Positions 13,900 to 23,849 of a stretch of DNA of 64,000 nt are shown piece by piece. The stretch's first letter is position 1; each line of letters starts with the position of its first letter. A program made the position numbers and the translations under genes. Below the pieces are notes generated by a model, which saw only the letters and a list, made by a program, of their open reading frames with translations, searched no databases and was not told the origin of the DNA. This DNA comes from an uncultured Chloroflexia bacterium (GTDB lineage Bacteria; Chloroflexota; Limnocylindria; Limnocylindrales; CSP1-4): positions 66,065 through 130,064 of the forward strand of contig CAVWZL010000016.1 of NCBI GenBank assembly GCA_963759495.1, read 5' to 3'.

Positions 13900-14712
13900 C
13901 TACGGCAAGGCCACGAACCGGCTCAGGAACTCCCGTGCCACCGCCGTATCGACGCGGTACGTCCGGTCCGTCGACTTGCAGAACCGATCACCGGTGATCG
14001 TGATGGACACGACGGTGTCGCCCAGGAAGTGCGGTCCGCCGGAGTCGCCGTAGCAGGTGCCGCCGTTGCCCGTGGCCTGGTTCATCGACAGCGTCAGCCA
14101 CGACTTCGTCACCGAGTTCACCGTCTGCGTGGCGTAGCGACGGACCGAATCGGTGTACAGGCCCTGGAAGGCGGTCTGACGGACATCGCGGACGGCGCCA
14201 TACCCGGCGGTCTCGAACGTCGCGGACTTGAGCTGTGACGCGGTCATGCGCCCCAGCGCATTCGCCGCCGGCAGAGGCGCCGGCGTGATCCCCGCCACAG
14301 GGTCGTCGAGCAGGATGACCGCGATGTCAAACGGGTCGTTGCTGCCACAGCAGGCGAACCGCTCGTGTCCAACGGCATCGCCCCAGTGCAGATCGTTGTC
14401 CGCGACGTCCTCTTCAAGCACGTTGTCGAATGTGACGGCCATCCGCTCTGCGAACAGGCAGTGTGCGGCCGTGAGCACGACGTCCGGCGCGATCAGGGTC
14501 CCGGTGCAGACCACGAAGTGGTCACCATCGATGTCGGCCACGATGGCGCCGACGTTGTCGTACTCGTTGTTGACGTCCGGCTGGCCATACACGATGGCGG
14601 CAACCGGCGTGACGAGGGCACCGATGAGCAGCAGGGCGAGCACGAGCGGAGCAGCTCGTCGACCACGAACAAGACCGGTCACGGGACACCTCGCAGGCCT
14701 GACCGACCGCAC
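13900..14712 (-). CDS. Secreted trypsin-like serine protease (peptidase S1)
   Basis: Intact 270-aa ORF with signal/TM APLVLALLLIGALVTPVAA, His motif LTAAHC and Ser motif GDSGGPHF. Confidence 0.85.
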   Translation of the reverse strand: MRSVRPARCPVTGLVRGRRAAPLVLALLLIGALVTPVAAIVYGQPDVNNEYDNVGAIVADIDGDHFVVCTGTLIAPDVVLTAAHCLFAERMAVTFDNVLEEDVADNDLHWGDAVGHERFACCGSNDPFDIAVILLDDPVAGITPAPLPAANALGRMTASQLKSATFETAGYGAVRDVRQTAFQGLYTDSVRRYATQTVNSVTKSWLTLSMNQATGNGGTCYGDSGGPHFLGDTVVSITITGDRFCKSTDRTYRVDTAVAREFLSRFVALP

Positions 14713-14820
14713 GGCCGGTCAACTGCCTGCCAGCGTAATGACGCGTCGTCGTCACGCGTCTCTGCCGGCCGGGAATCACGATGACCGCCGTATGGCGGTC
14801 ATTGAGGAAGCACGAGTATG

Positions 14821-14897
14821 TGGTGGGCGACACTGGACTCGAACCAGTGACCTCTTGCATGTCAAGCAAGTGCTCTAACCAGCTGAGCTAGCCGCCC
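14821..14897 (-). tRNA. tRNA-Val (anticodon GAC), with CCA encoded
   Basis: Minus strand: GGGCGGC-UA-GCUC-AGCUGGUUA-GAGC-A-CUUGC-UUGACAU-GCAAG-AGGUC-ACUGG-UUCGAGU-CCAGU-GUCGCCC-A-CCA. All four cloverleaf stems pair. Confidence 0.95.
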
Positions 14898-15035
14898 GAC
14901 GTCGCCGGACCCGACCTCCTCGACTCCGTCCGTCGTTGGCTCGCAGGGTGTTCCACATCCTGCGCCGACGGGCGAACCCAGGGTGACCAGGGCCAGCGGC
15001 GACCCGCATTCTACCCGCCGACCGGCGGACTGTCA

Positions 15036-15584
15036 TCACGCGCAGGGCAGCTGCGCACCTGCCAGCGGGACGACCCGCGTCTGCCCCAGCGCTTGCTCGA
15101 AGTGGTCCTCGATTGCTGCATTGACCTCCGCCCGGCCCCGGTTGATGAGCGCAGCGTCGCGTTCCACTGTGCCTTCCCGGATCATCCGAACTGCGAACGC
15201 CAGCCCCTCGAAGAGCTCCAGCCACTGGGTCGCTGCGCCCGCCCCGGGTTGGAAACCGAGCGCCTCCGTGGATGCAGTTGCACCCTGCCCGAGATGCCCG
15301 AGCACGGCGTTCGCCGCCGCCTTGATCTCCTCCGAATCACCGCTGGAGAGCGCCGTCTCCAGCTCGTTCCATGCGCCGGACCGCTGGCCCGTCTCCGGGT
15401 CGCCGAACGCGAGCGAGAGCTGATCAACCGCCTGGCAGATCGCGCCTCCCCATGCCACGGCGTCGATCTCGGCGGGGGCCGTTGCGGGCGGCCCTGTCGG
15501 GGCCACGGCGCCGTCACAGGCAGCGACGGTCAGCGCGAGGGTCACGGCTGCGACGATCCGGCGGAGCGCGTGGCGCGACGGCAT
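15036..15584 (-). CDS. Hypothetical lipoprotein
   Basis: MPSRHALRRIVAAVTLALTVAAC contains a lipobox (LTVAAC), followed by a helical soluble part. This is the lower part of ORF 15036-16358; the upstream part of that ORF is the antisense shadow of the methyltransferase gene. Confidence 0.6.
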   Translation of the reverse strand: MPSRHALRRIVAAVTLALTVAACDGAVAPTGPPATAPAEIDAVAWGGAICQAVDQLSLAFGDPETGQRSGAWNELETALSSGDSEEIKAAANAVLGHLGQGATASTEALGFQPGAGAATQWLELFEGLAFAVRMIREGTVERDAALINRGRAEVNAAIEDHFEQALGQTRVVPLAGAQLPCA

Positions 15585-15644
15585 TGCGGCAGGATAGCCG
15601 TTGGCGAACCTGCGCCGGACCGGTCCCTCCCCGATGATGCAGCG

Positions 15645-16481
15645 GTGGACGACTACGAGCTGCTCGATATCGGCGGGGGCGCGCGTCTGGAGCGGTTCGG
15701 GCCGCGCGTCGTCGACCGGCCACACCCCGCGGCATACGGCGAGCGGGGCGATCCGGCCGCCTGGGACACCGCCACGCTCTATTTCGCGCCAGGCGAGGGA
15801 TGGCATGGCACCGATCCGACCGAGCCCTGGAGGATCGACGCCGACGGCCTGGCGGTGGAGCTGCGGCCGACCGATACCGGCCAGGTTGGTCTGTTCCCGG
15901 AGCAGGCCGTGTCGTGGGCGTGGCTTCGGGACGTGATTGCTGCACGCGCCGCGACAGGCGGGCAGCCCGAGGTGCTCAACCTCTTCGGGTACACCGGTCT
16001 CGCAACACTGGTGGCGGCTGCCGCTGGCGCGTCCGTCGCGCACGTCGACGGCTCGAAGCCGGCTGTGGCGTGGGCACGGCACAACGCAGGACTGTCGGGT
16101 CTTGCGGATCGGCCGATCCGGTGGCTGGTCGACGACGCGCCCGGTTTCGTCGCGCGCGAGCTCCGCCGGGAACGCCGCTACGACGGCGTGATCCTCGATC
16201 CACCGACATACGGCCATGGCGCGCGCGGCCGGACGTGGCGGCTGGAGGACGACCTTCCGTCGCTCCTGGGGGGCTGTGCCCGGCTGATCGGCGGCTCGCG
16301 CGGATTCATCCTGCTGACCGCCCATACGGCGGGGTTCGGGCGCGCGGCGCTCGGGCACGCGCTGGGGACCGCGCTGCGGCTGCCATCCGCTCGCATGGAA
16401 ACGGGCGATCTCGCCCTCACTGCACGCAGCGGGCGGCGGCTCGACCTTGGTTCGTTCGCCCGGTGGAACGGGCCGCCATGA
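15645..16481 (+). CDS. Class I SAM-dependent methyltransferase (RlmI/RlmK-like rRNA methyltransferase fold)
   Basis: C-terminal 278 aa of ORF 15093-16481: VLNLFGYTGLATLVAAAAGASVAHVDGSKPAVAWARHNAGLSGL...YDGVILDPPTYGHG. The GTG start at 15645 is inferred. Confidence 0.7.
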   Translation: MDDYELLDIGGGARLERFGPRVVDRPHPAAYGERGDPAAWDTATLYFAPGEGWHGTDPTEPWRIDADGLAVELRPTDTGQVGLFPEQAVSWAWLRDVIAARAATGGQPEVLNLFGYTGLATLVAAAAGASVAHVDGSKPAVAWARHNAGLSGLADRPIRWLVDDAPGFVARELRRERRYDGVILDPPTYGHGARGRTWRLEDDLPSLLGGCARLIGGSRGFILLTAHTAGFGRAALGHALGTALRLPSARMETGDLALTARSGRRLDLGSFARWNGPP

Positions 16482-17314
16482 TGTCGCGGATGGACGACAG
16501 CCGGCCCGATCTCACGAGCACAGCCAACCCGCGCGTCAAGGCGGTCGTCCGACTGCGCGATCGACGCGAGCGCGAGCGATCGGGCCTGACCGTCATCGAC
16601 GGTGCGCGCGAGCTCCGGAGAGCGTTGGACGGCGGCGTGGAGATCGTCGAGGCGTTCACCTGCATCCCGCTCCTGCGCGGCGCCGATGCCCGGGCCGCCC
16701 TCGAGGCGCTGCGCGTGGCAGGGACGCCGGTACAGGGGACCAACGAGACCGTGTTCGAGAAGCTCGCGTTCGGCGAACGAGCCGAGGGGCTCCTTGCGGT
16801 TGCCCGGATCCCCTCGACCGACCTGCATGCACTCCCCCTGCCCGCCGAACCACTGCTGGTCGTCGTCGAGGGCGTCGAGAAGCCCGGCAATCTCGGGGCC
16901 GTCCTGCGCAGTGCCGACGGGGCCGGCGCGAATGCGCTCATCGCAGCGTCACCGCGGACCGACCTCTACAACCCGAACACGATCCGTGCCAGCGCCGGCA
17001 CGGTCTTCGGCATGCCGCTTGCCGCTGCCCCCACGGCGGACGTGATCGTGTGGCTGCGCGGCCACGGGATCAGGACCCTCGCCGCGCGCGTCGATGCCGA
17101 GGTGCTGTACACGGACGTGGACCTTCGTGGTCCGGTCGCCATCGCCCTGGGCAGCGAGGCCGGCGGGCTGACCGAGGCGTGGTCGAGCGGCGGGATCGAG
17201 GCGGTCCGGCTGCCGATGCTCGGCGTCGCCGACAGCCTCAACGTCTCCGTGACCGCAGCAATCCTGCTCTACGAGGCGCGCCGGCAGCGTGGCGCGCCCG
17301 ACGCCGCGGTGTAA
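16478..17314 (+). CDS. TrmH/SpoU family RNA 2'-O-methyltransferase
   Basis: MMSRMDDS...NPRVKAVVRLRDRRERERSGLTVIDGAREL... LLVVVEGVEKPGNLGAVLRSADGAGANALI...NPNTIRASAGTVF...IALGSEAGGL...IPMLGVADSLNVSVTAAILLYEA. The ATG overlaps the upstream stop. Confidence 0.85.
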   Translation: MMSRMDDSRPDLTSTANPRVKAVVRLRDRRERERSGLTVIDGARELRRALDGGVEIVEAFTCIPLLRGADARAALEALRVAGTPVQGTNETVFEKLAFGERAEGLLAVARIPSTDLHALPLPAEPLLVVVEGVEKPGNLGAVLRSADGAGANALIAASPRTDLYNPNTIRASAGTVFGMPLAAAPTADVIVWLRGHGIRTLAARVDAEVLYTDVDLRGPVAIALGSEAGGLTEAWSSGGIEAVRLPMLGVADSLNVSVTAAILLYEARRQRGAPDAAV

Positions 17315-17345
17315 CGTCAGGCAGCACGCAGGAGGGTCGTCGCGG

Positions 17346-18737
17346 ATGGATCGGTTCCAGTTCGTGGTCATCGGTGCCGGGCCGGCCGGCGAGGCTGCCG
17401 CGCACAAGGCACGCGAGCTGGACGCCAGCGTGGCTGTCGTCGACAAGGGCTGGTTCGGTGGCAGCTGTCCGCACATCGGCTGCATCCCGTCCAAGTCGTT
17501 GCTGCACTCGGCTGCGGTCCATGCCGGCGGTGGCGACTACAGCTGGGCGCGCGCGTCGGCCCGGCGCGACTACATGGTCAATCGCGCGCCCGACGCCGAT
17601 GAGCCCGACGACACGGGACACGTGACGAGCCTTCGATCCGCGGGCGCGGCGACCTACCGGGGGCATGCCCGCATCGTGGGTCGCGGCCGTGTCACCGTCA
17701 CGCACGACGGCTCTTCGACGGAGCTGGAGGCCGAGCACGTCGTCGTGGCGACGGGCTCTGAATCGAAGGTCCCGCCCCTTGACGGCCTCGCGGCGACCCA
17801 ACCGTGGACCAACCGCGAGGCGACGCTCACCCGGGAGCTGCCCCGGAGCCTGCTCGTCCTCGGTGGCGGCCCGACGGGGATTGAGCTTGCCCAGGTCTTC
17901 GCGCGTTTTGGCGTGCCGACGACGGTCGTACAGTCCGGCCCGCGGATCCTGCCCGCCGACCACGTGCGCAACGCGGAGGCAGTTGCCACCGCCCTGCAGC
18001 GTGACGGCGTGGCGATCAGGACGAACGTTCGTGCCCAGCGCGCCCGTGCGGGAGCCGGTGCGGACGGCGCCCACGTCCTCGAGCTCGATGACGACTCGAC
18101 CGCCGAGGGTCACGTGATCCTGGTCGCCGTCGGGCGATCCTTCGGACTCGAGGGTCTGGGGCTCGAGCACTACGGGCTCGACGCTTCCTCGCGTGACGGG
18201 GTGCCGCGGGACGGCCGGTTGCGTGTCGCGGAGGGTCTCTGGATCGCCGGGGACGCCGCAGGTCCCGAGCTCCACACCCACCAGGGGCACTACCAGGGCG
18301 AGCTCGCGGTCCGGATGGCGCTCGGTGAGCCCATCGAGCCAGACTACCGCGCGCTGCCGCGCGCGACCTACACGGACCCTGAGGCTGCCTCAGTGGGCGT
18401 GACCCTCGAGCAGGCCCGCGACGGGGGCATCGATGCGTTCGAGCTCGTGGCGAGCTTCCCGCAGACCGGCAAGGGCTACTCCGTGGAGGCGGAGGAGGGC
18501 CACGTGACGATCGTGGTCGACCGTGGGACGCGCGAGCTCGTCGGCACGGCGCTGGCCTGTCCCGACGCGTCGGCTGCGATCCATGAGGCCGTCCTCGCGA
18601 TCAAGGCGCGCATCCCGATCAACGTGCTCGCGGAGACGATCCACGCCTTCCCGTCGACGTCGCGCATCTTCAACGGCCTCTTTGCCGATGCCCGCCGCGA
18701 GCTCGACCGACCCGGCAGCGTGAGCACCGGCGACTAG
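17346..18737 (+). CDS. FAD-dependent pyridine nucleotide-disulfide oxidoreductase (dihydrolipoyl dehydrogenase / mercuric reductase family)
   Basis: MDRFQFVVIGAGPAGEAAAHKA... contains the redox CxxxxC GGSCPHIGCIPSK. A second dinucleotide fold (LLVLGGGPTGIELAQ) and a C-terminal dimerisation domain with HAFPSTS are present. The gene is intact. Confidence 0.8.
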   Translation: MDRFQFVVIGAGPAGEAAAHKARELDASVAVVDKGWFGGSCPHIGCIPSKSLLHSAAVHAGGGDYSWARASARRDYMVNRAPDADEPDDTGHVTSLRSAGAATYRGHARIVGRGRVTVTHDGSSTELEAEHVVVATGSESKVPPLDGLAATQPWTNREATLTRELPRSLLVLGGGPTGIELAQVFARFGVPTTVVQSGPRILPADHVRNAEAVATALQRDGVAIRTNVRAQRARAGAGADGAHVLELDDDSTAEGHVILVAVGRSFGLEGLGLEHYGLDASSRDGVPRDGRLRVAEGLWIAGDAAGPELHTHQGHYQGELAVRMALGEPIEPDYRALPRATYTDPEAASVGVTLEQARDGGIDAFELVASFPQTGKGYSVEAEEGHVTIVVDRGTRELVGTALACPDASAAIHEAVLAIKARIPINVLAETIHAFPSTSRIFNGLFADARRELDRPGSVSTGD

Positions 18738-20390
18738 CGCTCGAACACGACCCGTCCGTCCAGCAGGACGATCTCCGGGCGCACGGTCGCGAGGGGACCA
18801 CCTGGCACGGGCGGCTCGCCGAGGGCGGCCGCGGAAAGCACGACGAGATCCGCTCGCTGCCCGACCGTCAGCCTGCCCCGGTCGTGCTCGCCGGCCGAGA
18901 TCGGTGCGTCGAGACAGGCCGCGCGCAGGGCACGATCGAGGGTCATCGACTGATCCGGGCCAAAGGGCGCGGCGTCATCGCCCCAGGACGCGTCGACACG
19001 ATTGACCGCGATGGCGATGCCCGGCCACGGATCGATCGGCTCGACGGGCGCATCGGTCCCAAAGGGCAGCAGCCCGCCGCCCGCCACGATCGCGGACCAG
19101 GCAAAGGCCTCCTGCTCGGCACGTGCCCCCCATGCCCGATACGCACCGTCGCGGTCCGATCGCAGGTGGACCGGCTGAACGCTCGCGGCGATCCGCGCGG
19201 CGGCGAACCGCGGGCCGTCGCCGGGCGCGACCATCTGCGCGTGCTCGAGTCGGGGCAGCATGCCCGTCGAGGCTGGGTCAGCGACACCTTCGAGGATGTC
19301 GAGTGCCGTGCGGACGGCGGCGTCGCCGATCGCATGGATCTGGCTCTCAATCCCGGCGTCGTGCGCCCGGGTGACGAGCTCGCGGAGCTCGGATGGGTCG
19401 GTCATCCAGACGCCCCGGCCTCCGTCGGCGGATGGCGGACGACCGGCCTCGGTCTCGTAGGGCTCGAGGAGTGCGGCAGTTCGCGATCCGAGCGAGCCGT
19501 CGGCGAACAGCTTCAGCCAGCCGACGCGGGCGCGGCCCTCGGGATTGGCGCCGAGCACGAGGCCGCTGCCGATGCCGCCCTGGATCGCCGTCTCGAGCGC
19601 GTCGTCGCGCAGCGATGCGTGGACCCGGATCGGGAGGCGGCCGCGCTCCGCGAGGCGCGCATACGCAGGAAAGAAGCGGGTGAGATCGGGATCGGGTGAG
19701 ACATCGCCGGGATCGTGGACGGCCACCACGCCGAGCGACAGCAGCTCGTGGCCGATCGTCATGATCCCAGCCTCGACGTCCTCGAGGCTGGCTGCCGGCA
19801 CGTGCACGGTGACGAGTCGAGCGGCCGCCTCGAGCAGGATGCCGTCGGGAGTTGCCGTCAGCCGTCCGTCGGATCACGCCGCCATTCGGGTCGACCGTGG
19901 CGCCGTCCACACCGGCGGTCATGAGCGCCGCGTGGCTCACGAGCAGTGCGTGGTGGTCGTGTGCCCAGAGCGCGACCCGCCGCCCGGGGGCGACACGTTC
20001 CAGATCATCGGCGCTCGGCCACCGGCCCCAGCGGTCGACGTCCCAGCCAAAGCCCTCGAGCCACGAGTCAGCGTTCGCGAGGCGCTCGTGAGCCCGCGCG
20101 ACTGCCGCCATCCCCACCTCCAGGGTCGGCGCTCGGTGGAGGTCGACCTGGCGAACGGCGATCCCGGTCAGCGCGAGATGACAGTGCGCATCGGTCAGCC
20201 CCGGGATGACGACCTCGTCGGGCTCGAGCGTGAGGCGCTCCGTGTGCGGGTCCGCGCGCGTCTCGAGATCGACCTCCGAGCCCGCGAAGGCGATCCGCCC
20301 GTCGCGAATGCCGACGGCCTCCACCCACCCGAATCCGGCCTCGCCACGGAGCGTGGCGATCCGGCCCGTGACGAGCATGTCGAGCGGCAT
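18734..20390 (-). CDS. Amidohydrolase family protein (YtcJ-like metal-dependent hydrolase), one frameshift near 19.8 kb
   Basis: N-terminus MPLDMLVTGRIATLRGEAGFGWVEAVGIRDGRIAFAG...VIPGLTDAHCHL (ORF 19347-20693). The C-terminal 357 aa are ORF 18734-19807 (HAIGDAAV..., LVVLS...). Confidence 0.75.
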
Positions 20391-20394
20391 CGGG

Positions 20395-21378
20395 TCAGGG
20401 TACCGGGTCGGCCAGCAGTCCTCCGAGACCCACCGAATCGAGGCCCGCGCCGAGCCCGAGCGCCACGGCGACACGGACCTTCGTGGCGCACAGGGAGCCC
20501 GCGATGATGGCTCCTGCGCGGGCCCACGTCGCTCCACCGCCCGGGAACGCGTAGTCGGTCGAGGCGTGGCCTGCCACGCAGCGCGAGGCCAGGACGACCG
20601 GGATGCCCGCGCCGATCGCGCGCTCTCCGGCGGCGAGGAGCTCCGGTGTCGTGTTGCCGGAGCCGGTTGCGGCAACGACGATCGCATCGGCACCGGCCGT
20701 CACCGCGGCGTCGAGGAGCGTGCCGTCCATGCCCACCGTCGCGGTGATCAGGTGAACCCGGTCACGCGCGGTGGACGTCGCCACGTGTCGGCGGCCACCG
20801 CGACGACGCGTGACGGTCACGCCACCCTCCCCCACCCGACCGAGCGGACCCTGGTTGGGGCTGCGGAACGTGTCGAGCGCCGACGCGTGCAGCTTCACGA
20901 CGTCGTCCGCTGCCTCGATGGTCCCGGCGAGCGTGACGACGACTCCCTGGCCGAGCAGCGCCGGCGAGGCCGCGGCGGCCACCGCGTTGCGCAGGTTCGC
21001 AGGGCCGTCCCAGGCAGGGTCGTGCGACGCCCGCATGGCCCCGGTCACCACGACCGGCTTGTCTCCGTCGAGCAGCAGGTCCCAGGCAAAGGCCGTCTCC
21101 TCGATCGTATCGGTGCCCTGGACGACGACGGCGCCGTCCACCTCGGGATCCGCGAGCATCGCCTGCAGGACGGCGGCAATCTCGATGAGCGTCGCGAATT
21201 GAAAGTGGCTCGCTGGTGTCAGGCCATGATCGACAGCCCGCACGTTCGCGATTGCGTCGAGATCGGGGGTCCGGGCAAGGATCTCCGCCCCGTCGAGCGC
21301 CGGCACGTTGCCTCCGGCGACGGGATCGTGACGCATCGCAATGGTCCCGCCCGTGAAGACGACCGCGACGGTCGCCAC
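20395..21378 (-). CDS. L-asparaginase
   Basis: Intact 327-aa ORF: VVFTGGTIAM (catalytic Thr motif), VVVQGTDTIEETAF, VVTGAMR. Confidence 0.85.
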   Translation of the reverse strand: MATVAVVFTGGTIAMRHDPVAGGNVPALDGAEILARTPDLDAIANVRAVDHGLTPASHFQFATLIEIAAVLQAMLADPEVDGAVVVQGTDTIEETAFAWDLLLDGDKPVVVTGAMRASHDPAWDGPANLRNAVAAAASPALLGQGVVVTLAGTIEAADDVVKLHASALDTFRSPNQGPLGRVGEGGVTVTRRRGGRRHVATSTARDRVHLITATVGMDGTLLDAAVTAGADAIVVAATGSGNTTPELLAAGERAIGAGIPVVLASRCVAGHASTDYAFPGGGATWARAGAIIAGSLCATKVRVAVALGLGAGLDSVGLGGLLADPVP

Positions 21379-21381
21379 CGA

Positions 21382-22908
21382 TCAGTCCCGGTCCGGGGCG
21401 TCGCCCCCGAATGCCGAGGGCGACTCGGGGCTGGAACGCTCCACCCCACGCAGGTTGTCGCGGCCTCGGGCACGATCGTGCGCGTGCTCGGACCACGTGG
21501 GGCGGTCGGCACCAAGGGCCGCCGCGATGGGATCGACGGCGTGCGGGTCCGCGACGGTCTGCGATTCCGACGGCAGGAGCGGCCCGCGACGAACCACGGA
21601 CATGATCCCGGCGATCAGGATCGAGAGGCCGAGCACGACGATCACGACCGTCGTCCCGACGAGGTCCGAGATCGGGCCCACGGCGATGATCGGCACGAAG
21701 CTCGACACCGACACGAGCATGTTGAGAACGCCGAAGACCCGGCCCCGGACGTCCTCGGGCAGGTCCTCCTGGAGCTGCGTCTGGGCGGGAATGGCAACCA
21801 GCCCGTATGCAATGCCGGCCACGAAGGCGATCACGACGACGATCGCGAGGAGCGACGTCACCGCGGACAGATCCACGAGGTCCGTCGCGGTCTCCGCGCG
21901 CTGCAGGAAGCGGCTGATCGGGCCGGCAATCGACAGCAACAGGAGCGTCGTTCCCAGCGTGATCAAGCCGCCCTCGATCACGCGGCGACGAGGCAGGTAC
22001 TTGCCGTACGCGTTGAGCAGCAGGATGCCCATGACGATCCCGAAGCCGAGTGGCAGCACGATGGCCGCGAAGTCCTTCGCCTGGAGCCCGAGGGTGTTCT
22101 CCGCAAAGTCCGGCCCAAGCACGCCCAGCACGCCGACCAGCGACGCGCCGATCCCCAGGTACAGCAGCGACCAGCTCACCTCGCGGTGGCCGCGGATGAA
22201 GCTGATGCCCTCGCGCAGCTGGCTCAGTGTCGACTCGACGGCCTGCTCCGCGTCCGCGACCACGGCACCCACCGGCCCGTCCGCCGGATCGACGGCAGAG
22301 AGCGGCGGGGCCGGCGGCAGCGCCACGCACAGGATGGTCGCGATGAAGAACAGGAGCGCGACGACGAGGATCACGATCTCGGCCGACGAGATGTTGACGA
22401 CGAGCGGGCCGAGCAGTGCGAAGCCGAGCGCGAATGCGGCGTTGAGAGTGAGGATGAAGATGCCGTTCGCCGCGGTGAGGAGCGCCCGCGGCACGACGAC
22501 CGGGATCATCGACGCCTCGGCAGGCGCGAAGAAGACATTGACGACCGAGATCGCCGTGTTGAGCAGGAGGATCAGCAGGAAGCTGTCGCCGACGAAGTAG
22601 AGCGCCACGAACATGACGCCGCGGATGAGATTCGTGGCGATGAGGATGTGGCGCCGGTCGATCCGATCGACATAGACCCCGGCGACCGCCGACAGCACGA
22701 CCGCCGGCACGAGGAACGACAGCAGCAGCAGCGCGACCGCGGTGTTCGAGTTCGTCGCGCCGCGCACGATGAGCAGCAGCGCGAAGAGAACCATGTTCCC
22801 GCCGATCTGCGTGGCGGCCTGGGCCAGCCAGAGGCGCAGGAACGGTCCGTTGCGGAAGACGTCGAGGGCGCTCGGCTGTCCCGGGACCGACGGGTTCGCG
22901 GCCGTCAT
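21382..22908 (-). CDS. MFS transporter
   Basis: Intact 508-aa ORF with about 12 hydrophobic helices and N-terminus FRNGPFLRLWLAQAATQIGGNMVLFAL. It is tightly coupled to the asparaginase gene. Confidence 0.85.
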   Translation of the reverse strand: MTAANPSVPGQPSALDVFRNGPFLRLWLAQAATQIGGNMVLFALLLIVRGATNSNTAVALLLLSFLVPAVVLSAVAGVYVDRIDRRHILIATNLIRGVMFVALYFVGDSFLLILLLNTAISVVNVFFAPAEASMIPVVVPRALLTAANGIFILTLNAAFALGFALLGPLVVNISSAEIVILVVALLFFIATILCVALPPAPPLSAVDPADGPVGAVVADAEQAVESTLSQLREGISFIRGHREVSWSLLYLGIGASLVGVLGVLGPDFAENTLGLQAKDFAAIVLPLGFGIVMGILLLNAYGKYLPRRRVIEGGLITLGTTLLLLSIAGPISRFLQRAETATDLVDLSAVTSLLAIVVVIAFVAGIAYGLVAIPAQTQLQEDLPEDVRGRVFGVLNMLVSVSSFVPIIAVGPISDLVGTTVVIVVLGLSILIAGIMSVVRRGPLLPSESQTVADPHAVDPIAAALGADRPTWSEHAHDRARGRDNLRGVERSSPESPSAFGGDAPDRD

Positions 22909-23189
22909 GCCTCGCGTTCCGCGGTGGCGGGCGCGGCGGCAGCGGTGATGGCCGGGTCGCCGCGGGTCACGAACTCGACGAGCCGGCGTTCGAGTGCGGG
23001 CCGTTCGAGCAGGACGTGCCGGCGACAGCCCGTGCAGCGCAGACCGATATCGGCGCCAAGCCGGTCGATGGTCCAGGCGTCGGCCCCGCAGGGATGACGG
23101 CGCCGGAGACGCACGACGTCGCCGAGGAGCAGCGGGAGGACGGGCGTGGTCGGCATCGGCCGCCTCAGCCTATCAAAGGCGCGGGCCAC
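22905..23189 (-). CDS. DUF951-like small protein
   Basis: Intact 94-aa ORF: GDVVRLRRRHPCGADAWTIDRLGADIGLRCTGCRRHVLLERPALERRL (the HPCG...C..C pattern). The family assignment is from memory. Confidence 0.5.
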   Translation of the reverse strand: MARAFDRLRRPMPTTPVLPLLLGDVVRLRRRHPCGADAWTIDRLGADIGLRCTGCRRHVLLERPALERRLVEFVTRGDPAITAAAAPATAEREA

Positions 23190-23847
23190 CGTTGGTCGGG
23201 ACGAGGCTTCGATCGGTTGCCGGGAGCTCGAGCCGTTCGACCGGCGTGACGGTCAGGGTGACGTCCGGATAGGTCGCGGCGACCTGGGCGACGATCCCGC
23301 CGATCCGGGTCAACGAGCCGGTGAGCGTCTCCGACCCACCGATCGCCGAGACCTCGAACGTCTCCTCGAGGGCGACGCCGTCGACCGTGAGCGCGCCCGG
23401 CTCGCCTGTCACCACGGACCCGACGACCACCCGGACGCCGCCCGCCGAGATGGCCTCGGCACCGGCGTTCCGAAGCTCGTTCATGAGGTCATCCACGCCC
23501 GGGCCGTCGATCGGGCCGTCGACGGTGACCGTGACGCCGGGGCCTGTCACGGGATCCAGCCCGGCGTACGCCCGGATGCGCGCGAGCTCGGCGCGTGACT
23601 GGTCGAGCGACACGACACCCCGATCGCGATCCTGGGCGAGATCGGCCAGGTCGCGCTCGAGCGAGGCGATCTCCTGGCGGCGTTGCTCGAGGCCCGCGTT
23701 GAGATTGGCCACGAAGACCGTCAGATCCTGCGAGGACATCGACCCGAGCCCGGAGCCGACGGCCTGCGCGCGCAGCTGGACGACCACGAGCAGGCCGAGG
23801 ATGAAGGCGACGGCGGCGATCGTGAGCTGGTTTGCAGTCCGGCGCAT
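23173..23847 (-). CDS. DUF881 domain protein
   Basis: N-terminal TM segment LTIAAVAFILGLLVVVQL, coiled region, then GPGVTVTVDGP...NELRNAGAEAISAGGVRVV...FEVSAIG. Confidence 0.75.
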   Translation of the reverse strand: MRRTANQLTIAAVAFILGLLVVVQLRAQAVGSGLGSMSSQDLTVFVANLNAGLEQRRQEIASLERDLADLAQDRDRGVVSLDQSRAELARIRAYAGLDPVTGPGVTVTVDGPIDGPGVDDLMNELRNAGAEAISAGGVRVVVGSVVTGEPGALTVDGVALEETFEVSAIGGSETLTGSLTRIGGIVAQVAATYPDVTLTVTPVERLELPATDRSLVPTNGGPRL

Positions 23848-23849
23848 CG

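Noticed and set aside
14821-14897. tRNA-Val as an integration hotspot explaining the neighbouring protease and secreted-protein genes
   Set aside because: There are no flanking repeats or mobility genes, and the adjacent genes are co-linear with ordinary housekeeping genes.
20206-23097. Very long ORFs antisense to recognised genes. Examples: 20206-23097 (+, 963 aa), 27692-29341 (-, 549 aa), 34129-36048 (+, 639 aa), 15036-16358 upper part, 58868-60385 upstream part, 59995-61587 (-, 530 aa).
   Set aside because: These are typical shadow ORFs of a stop-poor high-GC genome. Their translations are Arg/Pro/Gly/Ala low-complexity sequences with no motifs. The opposite strand carries clear homologues (asparaginase/MFS, cysS, DEAD helicase, methyltransferase, ACAD).
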